From NCBI RefSeq assembly GCF_004297125.1, contig NZ_SCVD01000011.1, forward strand, positions 1,286 through 65,285: 64,000 bases of DNA, in the 5' to 3' direction. The DNA is from Phenylobacterium sp. (GTDB lineage Bacteria > Pseudomonadota > Alphaproteobacteria > Caulobacterales > Caulobacteraceae). A program made the translations under genes and the position numbers. The notes beneath the pieces are model-generated. The model had not been told where the DNA came from and made no database searches. It was given only the letters and a program-made list of their open reading frames with translations. Of this stretch, positions 19,404 through 27,789 are shown piece after piece; position 1 is the first letter of the stretch, and each line of letters opens with the position of its first letter.

Positions 19404-20431
19404 TTGCTCGGCCCGGCCGGGGTGAGGACATCGCCGGCCCGAAGCCCGGACAGTACCTCGATCGTGTCCGGCGTCGGGCCGGCCGTGGTCTGGATCGGGG
19501 TCTCGGACACAGTCCCGCCTTCGCGGACCAGGCGGGCGTAGTCGACGCCGAACCGCGTCACGGCATAGCGGCGTGGGATCACCAGCGCCCGCCGCTCGCC
19601 GACCTTGATCCTCGCACGCACCCGCTGGCCGATCAGGTCCTGCGGCAGATTGGGGGCGGTGACGTCGGCGGTGACCTGGCCGCCGGTCACCGACGGATAG
19701 ACCTGGCTGATCGTTCCCTGGGTCGCGGCGCCCCGAAGGTCGTCGGCGGCGAGGGGGACGACATCGCCGACCCTGAGCGCGCGCGCCTGGCCTTCCGGCA
19801 GCTCGATACGCACCACCATCGGGCCGGCCGTGATCGTGGCGACGGTCTGGCCGGGCATGACCACGGAGCCCACCGGCACGTCGGCCACCAGCACGCGGCC
19901 GGCGGCCGGCGCCAGGATCGCCCCTTGGGCGCCGAGTTCGGCGCTGGCGCCGCGCTGGGCCCGCGCCGCATTGAGATTGGCGTTGGCCGCCTTGGCCTGG
20001 GCCTCGACCTGGTCCAGGCGCGCCTGGGCGTAGACGCCGTGGGAGAACAGGTCGCGCGTACGGGCGAGATCCGCCTGGGCCCGCGCGGCTTCCGCCGCGG
20101 CGGCGGCCACCTGGGCGTCGAAGGCGCCGGTCTGCAGGGTGAGGCGGTCGTCCTTCACCCGGGCGATCACCTGTCCCTGGCGCACCAGATCGCCTTCCTT
20201 GACGGAGAGAGCGACCAGCACGCCGGAGATGCGGGCGCGGGCCTCGGCCATGTCGCGGGTGGTCAGCGTCCCGGGCACAGGTTTCTCGTCGGCGACGGTT
20301 CGCGCTTGCACCGTCAGGCGCCCGGCCATCGGCGCCGTCTGGGCGACCGGGACGCTCGGTTTGGTGTCTCCGCAGGCGGCGACCAGCAAGGCTACGCCCA
20401 GCGCCGCGATGGTATGGAGCCTCAACGCCAT
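19400..20431 (-). CDS. RND periplasmic adaptor (membrane fusion protein)
   Basis: Lipoprotein-like signal LLVAAC; ARISGVLVALSVKEGDLV lipoyl motif, coiled coil, APAAGRV; overlaps RND start. Confidence 0.92.
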   Translation of the reverse strand: MALRLHTIAALGVALLVAACGDTKPSVPVAQTAPMAGRLTVQARTVADEKPVPGTLTTRDMAEARARISGVLVALSVKEGDLVRQGQVIARVKDDRLTLQTGAFDAQVAAAAAEAARAQADLARTRDLFSHGVYAQARLDQVEAQAKAANANLNAARAQRGASAELGAQGAILAPAAGRVLVADVPVGSVVMPGQTVATITAGPMVVRIELPEGQARALRVGDVVPLAADDLRGAATQGTISQVYPSVTGGQVTADVTAPNLPQDLIGQRVRARIKVGERRALVIPRRYAVTRFGVDYARLVREGGTVSETPIQTTAGPTPDTIEVLSGLRAGDVLTPAGPSK

Positions 20432-20466
20432 GGCCTGCCCTCCCGTGCTTGTGATCCCGACCGAGG

Positions 20467-20796
20467 CTAGCCGGTGACCGTCGGCAGGCCGGCGGCCTTC
20501 CAGGCGGCGAGGCCGCCGGCGAGATGCGTCTCGATGGCCTGGTCGGCCCGGCGGCACTGGTCCACCGCCATGGCCGAGCGCTTGCCGCCGGCGCACTGCA
20601 GCACGATCGTCTTGCCGCCCGCCGCGGGGAGCGCGGCGGGGTCGAAGCTCGACAGCGGCACGTTCAGGGCGCCGGCGATCCGGTCGGCGGCGAACTCGGC
20701 GGGCTCGCGCACGTCGATCAGCAGGATTTCCTGGGCGTCGAGCGCGGCCTTCACCTGCTGCGGGGTGAGGTCCTTGGTCTTGGGGGCGCCGGTCAT
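20467..20796 (-). CDS. Single-domain rhodanese (sulfurtransferase)
   Basis: LIDVREPAEF, active loop CAGGKRS, LAGGLAAWK. Confidence 0.92.
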   Translation of the reverse strand: MTGAPKTKDLTPQQVKAALDAQEILLIDVREPAEFAADRIAGALNVPLSSFDPAALPAAGGKTIVLQCAGGKRSAMAVDQCRRADQAIETHLAGGLAAWKAAGLPTVTG

Positions 20797-20808
20797 GTGG
20801 AGGCTCCT

Positions 20809-21129
20809 TTAGGGCTGCGCGCGGTCGGGGACCGCGCAGAAGAGGCGGGACAGGGTCTCGACCAGAGCGCGGGCCTGGCCGCTCTGCAGGCCGTAGTAGA
20901 TGGTCTGGCCGTCACGACGGGCGGCGACCACGCCGTCCCGGCGCAGCAGGCCGAGGTGTTGCGACGCCAGGGTCTCACGCACGCCCAGCATCTGGGCGAG
21001 CGCACCTACCGACTGCTCGCCCTCGATCAGGCTGCAGACGATCATCAGCCGATGCGGGTTCGCCAGCGCCTTGAGCAGGGCGCACGCGTCGTCGGCCGAG
21101 GCTTTCATGGCGCGGACGTCTAATTTCAT
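20809..21129 (-). CDS. ArsR/SmtB-family persulfide-sensing regulator, BigR/SqrR-like (copy 1)
   Basis: LKALANPHRLMIVC...SQHLGLLRRDGVVAARRDGQTIYY...LSRLFC; the MIVC/LFC Cys pair matches SqrR/BigR. Confidence 0.9.
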   Translation of the reverse strand: MKLDVRAMKASADDACALLKALANPHRLMIVCSLIEGEQSVGALAQMLGVRETLASQHLGLLRRDGVVAARRDGQTIYYGLQSGQARALVETLSRLFCAVPDRAQP

Positions 21130-21139
21130 AGTTGCGTAT

Positions 21140-21155
21140 ATGCGTCTATATGAAT
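21140..21155. promoter_or_regulatory. Candidate ArsR operator 3
   Basis: ATGCGTCTATATGAAT, 11-26 bp upstream of the regulator's start, between it and sqr. Confidence 0.6.
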
Positions 21156-21286
21156 ATTTAGTCAATCATCGTGAGGTTCACCGTAGCCGCGCCGATGGCC
21201 CGGGGACCTGATCTGCATCAAGGCCAGCGGGCGAACACGGGCGGATGCTCGCGGTGAGCCGTCCTGGGCCATCGAGGAGACCGACT

Positions 21287-22567
21287 ATGGCCAAGCCGCG
21301 CATTGTGATTCTGGGCGCAGGATTGGGCGGCGCGATCGCCGCCTTCGAGGTCAAGGACGCCGTCGGCGAGAAGGCCGAGGTGAGGGTCGTGTCGCAGGGC
21401 GACACCTTCCACTTCGTCCCGTCAAACCCCTGGGTCGCGGTCCATTGGCGCAAGCGCGGCGCCATCGAAGTCAAGCTGCCGCCGGTGTTCAAGAAGCGCG
21501 GCATCGGCTTCACCGGGGTCGGCGCCAAACACGTCTCGCCGGCTCAGAACCAGCTGGAGCTGAACGACGGGACAGTCGTCGACTACGACTACCTGATCAT
21601 CGCCACCGGCCCGGACCTGGCCTTCGACGAGATCGCAGGGCTGGGGCCGCACGGGGGGTTCACCCAGTCGGTCTGCCACGTAGACCATGCCGAGGCCGCC
21701 GCCGCCGCCTTCGACCGATTTGTCGAGAACCCGGGCCCGATCGTCGTCGGCGCGGTCCAGGGCGCCTCGTGTTTCGGCCCGGCCTACGAGTTCGCGATGA
21801 TCCTCGACACCGAACTGAAGCGCCGCAAGATCCGCGACAAGGTCCCGATGACCTTCGTCACCTCGGAACCCTACGTGGGCCACCTGGGCCTCGACGGGGT
21901 CGGCGACACCAAGGGACTGCTCGAAAGCGAGATGCGCGAGCGCCACATCAAGTGGATCACCAACGCCAAGGTGACCGCCGTCGAGGCGGGCCTGATGCAT
22001 GTCGACGAGATCTCCGACGACGGCTCGGTCAAGCAGACCCACGACCTGCCCTTCGCCTATTCGATGATGCTGCCGGCTTTCCGCGGCGTCGCCGCGGTGC
22101 GCGGCGTCGAAGGGCTGACCAACCCGCGCGGCTTCGTCGTCATCGACAAGCACCAGCGCAATCCGACCTTCCCCAATGTCTTCGGCCTCGGCGTCTGCGT
22201 GGCCATCGCGCCGACCGGCAAGACCCCGGTGCCGGTGGGCGTGCCGAAGACCGGCTTCATGATCGAGAGCATGGTCACCGCCATCGCCCACAATATCGCC
22301 CAGCTCGTCGACGGCCAGCCCACAACCCACGAAGCCACCTGGAACGCCTTCTGCCTGGCCGACTTCGGCGACGGCGGCGTGGCCTTCGTCGCCCAGCCGC
22401 AGATCCCGCCGCGCAACGTCAACTGGTCGGCCAGCGGCAAGTGGGTCCACCTCGCGAAGGTGGCCTTCGAGAAATACTTCCTGGCCAAGATCCGGCGGGG
22501 CGAGAGCGAGCCCTTCTACGAGAAGCTGGCCCTGGAGGTGATGGGGCTGCGGAAGATCAAGGGCTGA
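21287..22567 (+). CDS. sqr: Sulfide:quinone oxidoreductase, type I (SqrA-like)
   Basis: GAGLGG FAD fold; TQSVCHVDHA, ASCFGPAYE, PKTGFMIESM, CLADFGDGG (three conserved Cys). Confidence 0.92.
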   Translation: MAKPRIVILGAGLGGAIAAFEVKDAVGEKAEVRVVSQGDTFHFVPSNPWVAVHWRKRGAIEVKLPPVFKKRGIGFTGVGAKHVSPAQNQLELNDGTVVDYDYLIIATGPDLAFDEIAGLGPHGGFTQSVCHVDHAEAAAAAFDRFVENPGPIVVGAVQGASCFGPAYEFAMILDTELKRRKIRDKVPMTFVTSEPYVGHLGLDGVGDTKGLLESEMRERHIKWITNAKVTAVEAGLMHVDEISDDGSVKQTHDLPFAYSMMLPAFRGVAAVRGVEGLTNPRGFVVIDKHQRNPTFPNVFGLGVCVAIAPTGKTPVPVGVPKTGFMIESMVTAIAHNIAQLVDGQPTTHEATWNAFCLADFGDGGVAFVAQPQIPPRNVNWSASGKWVHLAKVAFEKYFLAKIRRGESEPFYEKLALEVMGLRKIKG

Positions 22568-22570
22568 GCC

Positions 22571-22765
22571 ATGCGCCAGTTCGCCTGCCCCGCCTGTGGC
22601 GCGGCCAATCGCACGCCGGCCGGCAAGGACCCGCTGTCGGCGAAATGGAACGGCCGGCTCGTGGCTCGAACGGCGGGCCTGACGAACACCGCTCAGATCG
22701 TCGCCTGGACGCGCCAGGCCCTCGCCCAGGCGTCGTCCGGGGCGGCTTCAGGAGATCAATCATGA
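22571..22765 (+). pseudogene. Thioredoxin-2 (TrxC)-like gene with in-frame internal deletion
   Basis: 64 aa: CPACGAANRTP..DPLSAK joined directly to NGRLVARTAG...QIVAW; second CxxC and the WCxPC site are absent. Confidence 0.7.
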
Positions 22766-22965
22766 CCCTCGACCGTATGGTCTTCGTCTTCGCCGGCTTC
22801 GTGGTCCTGCTCAGCGTCGCCCTCGCGCAGCTCGTGAATCCCTGGTGGATCGCGTTGGCGGTCTTCGCCGGCCTCAATATGATCCAGGCGGCGTTCACCG
22901 GTTTCTGTCCGGCTGCGATGATCTTCAAGAAGCTGGGATTCAAACCCGGGGCCGCCTTCCGGTGA
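22762..22965 (+). CDS. DUF2892 (YgaP-like) membrane protein
   Basis: 67 aa, MTLDRMVFVFAG...QAAFTGFCPAA; AGGAGA RBS. Confidence 0.9.
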   Translation: MTLDRMVFVFAGFVVLLSVALAQLVNPWWIALAVFAGLNMIQAAFTGFCPAAMIFKKLGFKPGAAFR

Positions 22966-24227
22966 TTCGGGTGCGGGCCATCGTCGCCCTCAGCCTGGCG
23001 GCCTGCCTCGTCGCACCGCAGGTCGCGGCGGCGCTGTCGCTGCCGGAAGCGATCGTACTCGCTCAGCGCGGCAACCCCGGCCTCGCACAGGTCAGGGCGC
23101 TGGCGGACGCCGCCGAGGCGCGACTGGTCCAGGCGAGGTCCGGACGCCTCCCCAGTGTCACCCTCTCCGCCGACGCCGGACAGGGAACCACCGACCTGGG
23201 CGGCTTCTTCGGCTTCGGTAGAGTTGATGTTTCGCCGCGAGGCGCCGCCCTGGAGCTGCGCCAACCGATCTTCACCGGCGGCGCCGTCAGCGCCGCGGTT
23301 GTCCGCGCCAGGGAGGCGCGGGACGCGGCCATGGCCCAGGCGGGCGGCGTCCGCTCGCTGCTGACGGCCCAGGCCGCCGAGGTCTACGCAGCGGTCCTCG
23401 GCGCCGATGAGATCCTGCGGCTCCACGAGGCGCAGGTGCGCCAGACCAGCGAGATCGAGCGCCAGGCCGGCCTTCGCTTCAAGGGTGGCGAGGTCGCCAG
23501 GACCGATGTGGCCCAGGCCCAGGCGCGCCTGGCGCAGGCCCAGGCGGACCTGGCGCGGGCGCGCGGCGACGCGGCCAGGGCGAGGGCGCGGTTCCAGTCC
23601 GTCGTGGGCGCAGCGGCGGAGGGGCTTGAGCCCCTGCCGCTCCCGCCGCCCACGCCCACCTCGCTCAACGAGGCTCTGGCCAGCGCGGAGCGAGCCAGCC
23701 CGACCTTGCTGGCCGCGCAGGCTGCGGCGCGCGCGGCCGAGGCCGGCGTCCGTTACGCCCGGGCGGAGCGGCTGCCGAACCTGGCGCTCGCCGCGACGGC
23801 CAGCACCACGCGAGACAAGTTCTTCCCGGGCTACAGGGCCGATGACGTCACGGTGGGCGTGAAGGGGCGCTGGACCCTGTTCGCCGGCGGCGCGATCGAG
23901 GCCCGGGTCGGTGAGGCGCGCGCCGGCGCGCGCGAAGCGCAGGCCGCCCTGGCGGCCGCCCGCGCCCAGGTCCGCGAGACCGTCATCGGCGCCTGGGAAG
24001 ATGTCCAGACGTCGCGCGCCCTGGTCGCGGCCGCCGACGACCAGGCGACGGCGGCGGCCAGCGCGCTCGACAGCGTGCGCAACGAAGTCCGCGTCGGCCA
24101 GAAGCCCACGCTCGACCTCCTCGACGCCGAGCGCGAGGCGCTGGCGGCGCAGAGCGCCGTGGTTTCGACCCGGGGCGGCGCCGTCGCGGCCGCCTATCGC
24201 CTGAACGCGCTCCTCCACGTCGAATAG
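22962..24227 (+). CDS. TolC-family outer membrane protein
   Basis: GTG start overlapping the previous stop; signal peptide, LSLPEAIVLAQRGNP, LRQPIFTGG, GQKPTLDLLDAERE. Confidence 0.9.
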   Translation: MIRVRAIVALSLAACLVAPQVAAALSLPEAIVLAQRGNPGLAQVRALADAAEARLVQARSGRLPSVTLSADAGQGTTDLGGFFGFGRVDVSPRGAALELRQPIFTGGAVSAAVVRAREARDAAMAQAGGVRSLLTAQAAEVYAAVLGADEILRLHEAQVRQTSEIERQAGLRFKGGEVARTDVAQAQARLAQAQADLARARGDAARARARFQSVVGAAAEGLEPLPLPPPTPTSLNEALASAERASPTLLAAQAAARAAEAGVRYARAERLPNLALAATASTTRDKFFPGYRADDVTVGVKGRWTLFAGGAIEARVGEARAGAREAQAALAAARAQVRETVIGAWEDVQTSRALVAAADDQATAAASALDSVRNEVRVGQKPTLDLLDAEREALAAQSAVVSTRGGAVAAAYRLNALLHVE

Positions 24228-24314
24228 CCCGGCCGACCCGCTGCGGACCCTCGCGAACCCGCATCGGCTGCGGATCACGGGCGCGCTCAGCTTCTAAGGG
24301 GGCTTCGAATTCCC

Positions 24315-24731
24315 TCAGGCCACCGCGTCGGCGACACGCCGGCGGATTGTTCCTTCCAGGACAACCGCGGCGGCGACGGTGTTCGAGATCGTCCCGTACT
24401 TGCGGACGTTGCGGTGCAGGAGTTCCAAGCGCCCATCGCTCTCGTCGGTGTCGACGATCAACTCGTAGTCCACGCGCAGGATGAGCGGTGGCGAATCCTG
24501 GCGCGCCGCCCTGAGCCGGACCTCCACACCGCGAAGCTCGAACTTCAGGAGCGGCGTGACCCGCTCGATGCCCTTGATCATGCAGGCGGCGATCGCGGCG
24601 AGGAACAGTTCGACCGGGTTGAACGCATCCCGACGGCCAGTGACGTCCGTGTCCATGACAAGAGCCGCATCCTTCGATCGCGCGAGGCTTCCATGCGCAT
24701 CGACGCGTTCCGCTGTGACCCGATATTCCAT
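24315..24731 (-). CDS. OsmC-like protein
   Basis: FNPVELFLAAIAAC motif; second Cys position reads KYGTISNT. Confidence 0.82.
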   Translation of the reverse strand: MEYRVTAERVDAHGSLARSKDAALVMDTDVTGRRDAFNPVELFLAAIAACMIKGIERVTPLLKFELRGVEVRLRAARQDSPPLILRVDYELIVDTDESDGRLELLHRNVRKYGTISNTVAAAVVLEGTIRRRVADAVA

Positions 24732-24793
24732 GATCGGCCTCCGGGACGGGAACCGTCCGCCCGCCAGGATGATCGCCCGGAGCAGCGGGGGCC

Positions 24794-24807
24794 TTGATCA
24801 TGGACAA
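24794..24807. promoter_or_regulatory. FNR/FixK-like box upstream of the OsmC-like gene
   Basis: TTGAT-CATG-GACAA versus TTGAY-N4-RTCAA (one mismatch). Confidence 0.35.
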
Positions 24808-24872
24808 ACGGCCCGGGTCCGACCCATCCGAACCAAAGCTGGTCCTCACCTAGCCGGGCGTCGGCTGTCGAT

Positions 24873-25706
24873 CTATCGCCGACGAGCCGGAGGTGTGAGG
24901 CTGGCGACCAGGTAGGCGCCCACCAGCTCGACGTAGCGCCCCGGATTGTCGGGCCTGGCGTCGCGGCGATCGAGACCGCCAACGCCGATCACCACCTCCG
25001 GCGCACCGTCGCGGCAGATCGGCCAGAAATCGAACGTGGACGTGTCGAACGGATAGGCGTCGCCGTGGAGCGGCTTGCGGTTCTCCGCCGCCCATTGCGC
25101 GGCCTCCAGGTCGACAGGCGACGGGGCGGCCCGGCCTCCGAGGCCCGCGACCTCCAGGCGGCCTTCCTGGCGGACCAACACCGCCGCCGGCGCCTGAAAG
25201 ATGCGTGAGAGCGCCGTCGCGGCCGCGAGGCTCACGTCGGCGGCCGGCGCGGATTGAACCACCAGATGCGCCAGGCCGTGGAGCGCGTCCGCGCGCTCCG
25301 CCGCCGTCTTCGCGTCGATTGCGCGGCGGCGAGACTGCGCCGCCACGGTGCTGACGATTCCGGCGATCACAAGGAGGAGGGTGGCCGCCCAAACATCGGA
25401 CGAACCTGCGATCCGCAGCGAATAGTAGGGGACGGTGAAGAAGAAGTCGAAGGCCAGGACGCCCAACACCGCCGCCGCCAGGGCAGGTCCCCACCCGAAC
25501 GCCGCCGCCGCGACTACCACGGGAAGCACGAAGATCAGCGTGACATTGGGGGCCGATATCAGGTTGTCGGCCAGAAAGGCCAGCAGCGTCGCCGCTCCAA
25601 CCAGGGCAAGCGCGATGGCATAGCCGGCCCAATGCCTAGGTCGCGCGGCCGCGGGCGCTCCCGGACCGGAGACGATCGGATCGACCTCGGCAAGGCGTCC
25701 AGACAT
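24873..25706 (-). CDS. DUF4118 (KdpD-like membrane sensor domain) protein without kinase domain
   Basis: NVTLIFVLPVVVAA..FGWGPALAAAVLGVLAFDFFFTVPYYS followed by a GAF-like segment; start inferred. Confidence 0.8.
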   Translation of the reverse strand: MSGRLAEVDPIVSGPGAPAAARPRHWAGYAIALALVGAATLLAFLADNLISAPNVTLIFVLPVVVAAAAFGWGPALAAAVLGVLAFDFFFTVPYYSLRIAGSSDVWAATLLLVIAGIVSTVAAQSRRRAIDAKTAAERADALHGLAHLVVQSAPAADVSLAAATALSRIFQAPAAVLVRQEGRLEVAGLGGRAAPSPVDLEAAQWAAENRKPLHGDAYPFDTSTFDFWPICRDGAPEVVIGVGGLDRRDARPDNPGRYVELVGAYLVASLTPPARRR

Positions 25707-25941
25707 GACTTGCTCCCAAGCTTGCGGGCGGCGGCGGCCAACACGCCGCGTCAGGATACCGCCTGAGAGCATAAGGGATCGATGTGGAAGTCGAGAGCCT
25801 CGCCGGGCTGAAACGCTTGGTGTGATCGTTGCGCAGGCCCGGGGCCGCCGTCGCGAGATGGGCTGCCGGGCGCGCTGCAGATCGCAGGGCAGGTCCGGGT
25901 CGACCTGCGACGCCATGTCGCCGACGCGCTGGCCCAACGCA

Positions 25942-25969
25942 AAACGCCCGGCGGTGAGGCCGGGCGTTT
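25942..25969 (-). terminator. Intrinsic terminator of carD
   Basis: AAACGCCCGGC-ggtgag-GCCGGGCGTTT with a U-run on the minus strand. Confidence 0.8.
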
Positions 25970-25996
25970 CGCGATTCGGCGTCCGGTGGACGCGAC

Positions 25997-26512
25997 CTAG
26001 GCCGCGGCGGCCTGGACCTTCACCAGCGACTTGTTCAGCATGGCGATGGCCGCGTCGCGGTCGATGCGCTCGATGGCGGCGACTTCGCGGGCCATGCGGT
26101 CCAGGGCGCTCTCGTAGAGCTGGCGCTCGGAGTACGACTGTTCCGGCTGGTTCTCGGCGCGGTGCAGGTCGCGCACGACCTCGGCGATCGAGATCAGGTC
26201 GCCGGAGTTGATCTTGGCTTCGTATTCCTGCGCGCGTCGCGACCACATGGTGCGCTTCACGCGGGCGCGGCCCTTCAGGGTCGTGAGCGCCTTCGACACC
26301 ACGCCGGTCTCGGCCAGCGAGCGCAGGCCGGCGGTCTTCGCCTTGGCCGTGGGAACGCGCAGCGTCATCTTCTCGTGGTCGAAGGTGATGACATAGACCT
26401 CAAGCTTCAGACCGGCGACTTCCTGGGTTTCGATCCCTTGCACCTGGCCGACCCCGTGGGCCGGGTAGACGACGTGATCGCCAACCGAGAATTCGTGACC
26501 GCTCTTGCTCAT
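25997..26512 (-). CDS. carD: CarD/CdnL family RNA polymerase-binding regulator
   Basis: GDHVVYPAHGVG, WSRRAQEYEAKINSGD, VVRDL, YSERQLYE. Confidence 0.95.
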   Translation of the reverse strand: MSKSGHEFSVGDHVVYPAHGVGQVQGIETQEVAGLKLEVYVITFDHEKMTLRVPTAKAKTAGLRSLAETGVVSKALTTLKGRARVKRTMWSRRAQEYEAKINSGDLISIAEVVRDLHRAENQPEQSYSERQLYESALDRMAREVAAIERIDRDAAIAMLNKSLVKVQAAAA

Positions 26513-26802
26513 CGAGATACCTCTCTATCCGCCCGCGTCGCCGCGGCGCTCTCGTCACGCCTCTGAAAAAGCGAAATAGCCACCTCTTCCGCGGGAAGGA
26601 TCGCGGCGGCTCATCACCCTGGAATCGGAAGCGGACCTCTTAAGACAACCCTTCGCCCGTACCGACGAATATGCCGGCCGGCTGTTCTTGCTAAAGACCG
26701 ACGCGGGCGAAGCCATCGTGTCGTGTCGCAAGGACATTAACACAAAAACCAGCCGAATGAAAGGGTTGCGCCGGCCCCGCGCGAGGGGCGCCTAGGCCGT
26801 GT

Positions 26803-27144
26803 TCAGGACCCGCGGCCGGGCTTCTCGGAGAAGTATTTCTCCAACTTGCCCGTTTCGCGCTCGAAAGCTTCCGCATCGGCCGGCGGTTCGCCCTTGACCG
26901 TGATGTTTGGCCACACCCGCGAGTATTCGGAGTTGATCCGCAGCCACTTGCCGTCCGGATCGTCTTCGGTGTCGGGCTTGATGGCGTCCACCGGGCACTC
27001 CGGCTCGCAGACGCCGCAGTCGATGCACTCGTCCGGATTGATCGCCAGGAAGTTCTCGCCCTCGTAGAAGCAGTCCACCGGGCACACCTCCACGCAGTCC
27101 ATAAACTTACATTTGATGCAGGGATCCATCACGATGTAGGTCAT
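26803..27144 (-). CDS. fdxA: Ferredoxin FdxA (7Fe type)
   Basis: [33 protein letters not shown]. Confidence 0.95.
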   Translation of the reverse strand: MTYIVMDPCIKCKFMDCVEVCPVDCFYEGENFLAINPDECIDCGVCEPECPVDAIKPDTEDDPDGKWLRINSEYSRVWPNITVKGEPPADAEAFERETGKLEKYFSEKPGRGS

Positions 27145-27261
27145 GGCGGGCGCTTGAGACTCCGGCGGCGTTCCCGAGTTCGGGGCGCGCGGTTTTTCAC
27201 GGCCGGACGGCCTCTTGTCAATGCAAGCGCCGCTCAGGATTTCTGCAAGGCCGGATAGGGG

Positions 27262-27684
27262 CTAGCCGAAGACCTCCTTGAGGTCGCGTGCGCCGGGCGC
27301 CGGACCGAAGCGGTTCTCGTGCGGATCGCCGGGGATCGAGCCCAGCCAGATCGTCCAAACCAGGCTGATCAGGACGATGAACGGCGCCGTCTGTTCCGGC
27401 GAGGCGACCGGCGTCAGGGCGAGCATCAGCGCCAGCGGGCCGAGGACGATCGCCAGAGACCACCAGCCGCTACGGTCGAAGTCGTGCAGGCGACGCACCA
27501 TCAGGAAGATCATCGGCCCCACCGTCGCCGAGCCGAGCTTGTAGCCCAGGAGCGAGACGACCAACCCCACCAGGAACAGGCCGCCCAGGACACTCCAATA
27601 GGTCTTGCGGTCATAGCGTCCGCGGAGCGCCGCCCCCAAATCCATCCGCCGGGGCCGAGGAGCCTCAAGCGATTGATCCGTCAT
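27262..27684 (-). CDS. DUF805 membrane protein
   Basis: VRRLHDFDRSGWW and PGDPHENRFGP. Confidence 0.85.
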   Translation of the reverse strand: MTDQSLEAPRPRRMDLGAALRGRYDRKTYWSVLGGLFLVGLVVSLLGYKLGSATVGPMIFLMVRRLHDFDRSGWWSLAIVLGPLALMLALTPVASPEQTAPFIVLISLVWTIWLGSIPGDPHENRFGPAPGARDLKEVFG

Positions 27685-27789
27685 GGGAAACTCCGACGCT
27701 CCGACAGGCCCCCATGACGCCCGTCAGTCCTTAACATCGGGTGGCTGGACTTGGTGAATGCAACCACCGGATGATTTTTGGTCTGCCGC

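Noticed and set aside
7500-25990. Calling the sulfur island a defined mobile element (ICE, transposon or prophage)
   Set aside because: No integrase, transposase, tRNA att site or flanking direct repeat was found by eye.
27730-27768. 13-bp imperfect hairpin between the S4 and DUF805 genes as an ncRNA
   Set aside because: More simply explained as a terminator or processing stem; no other supporting evidence.
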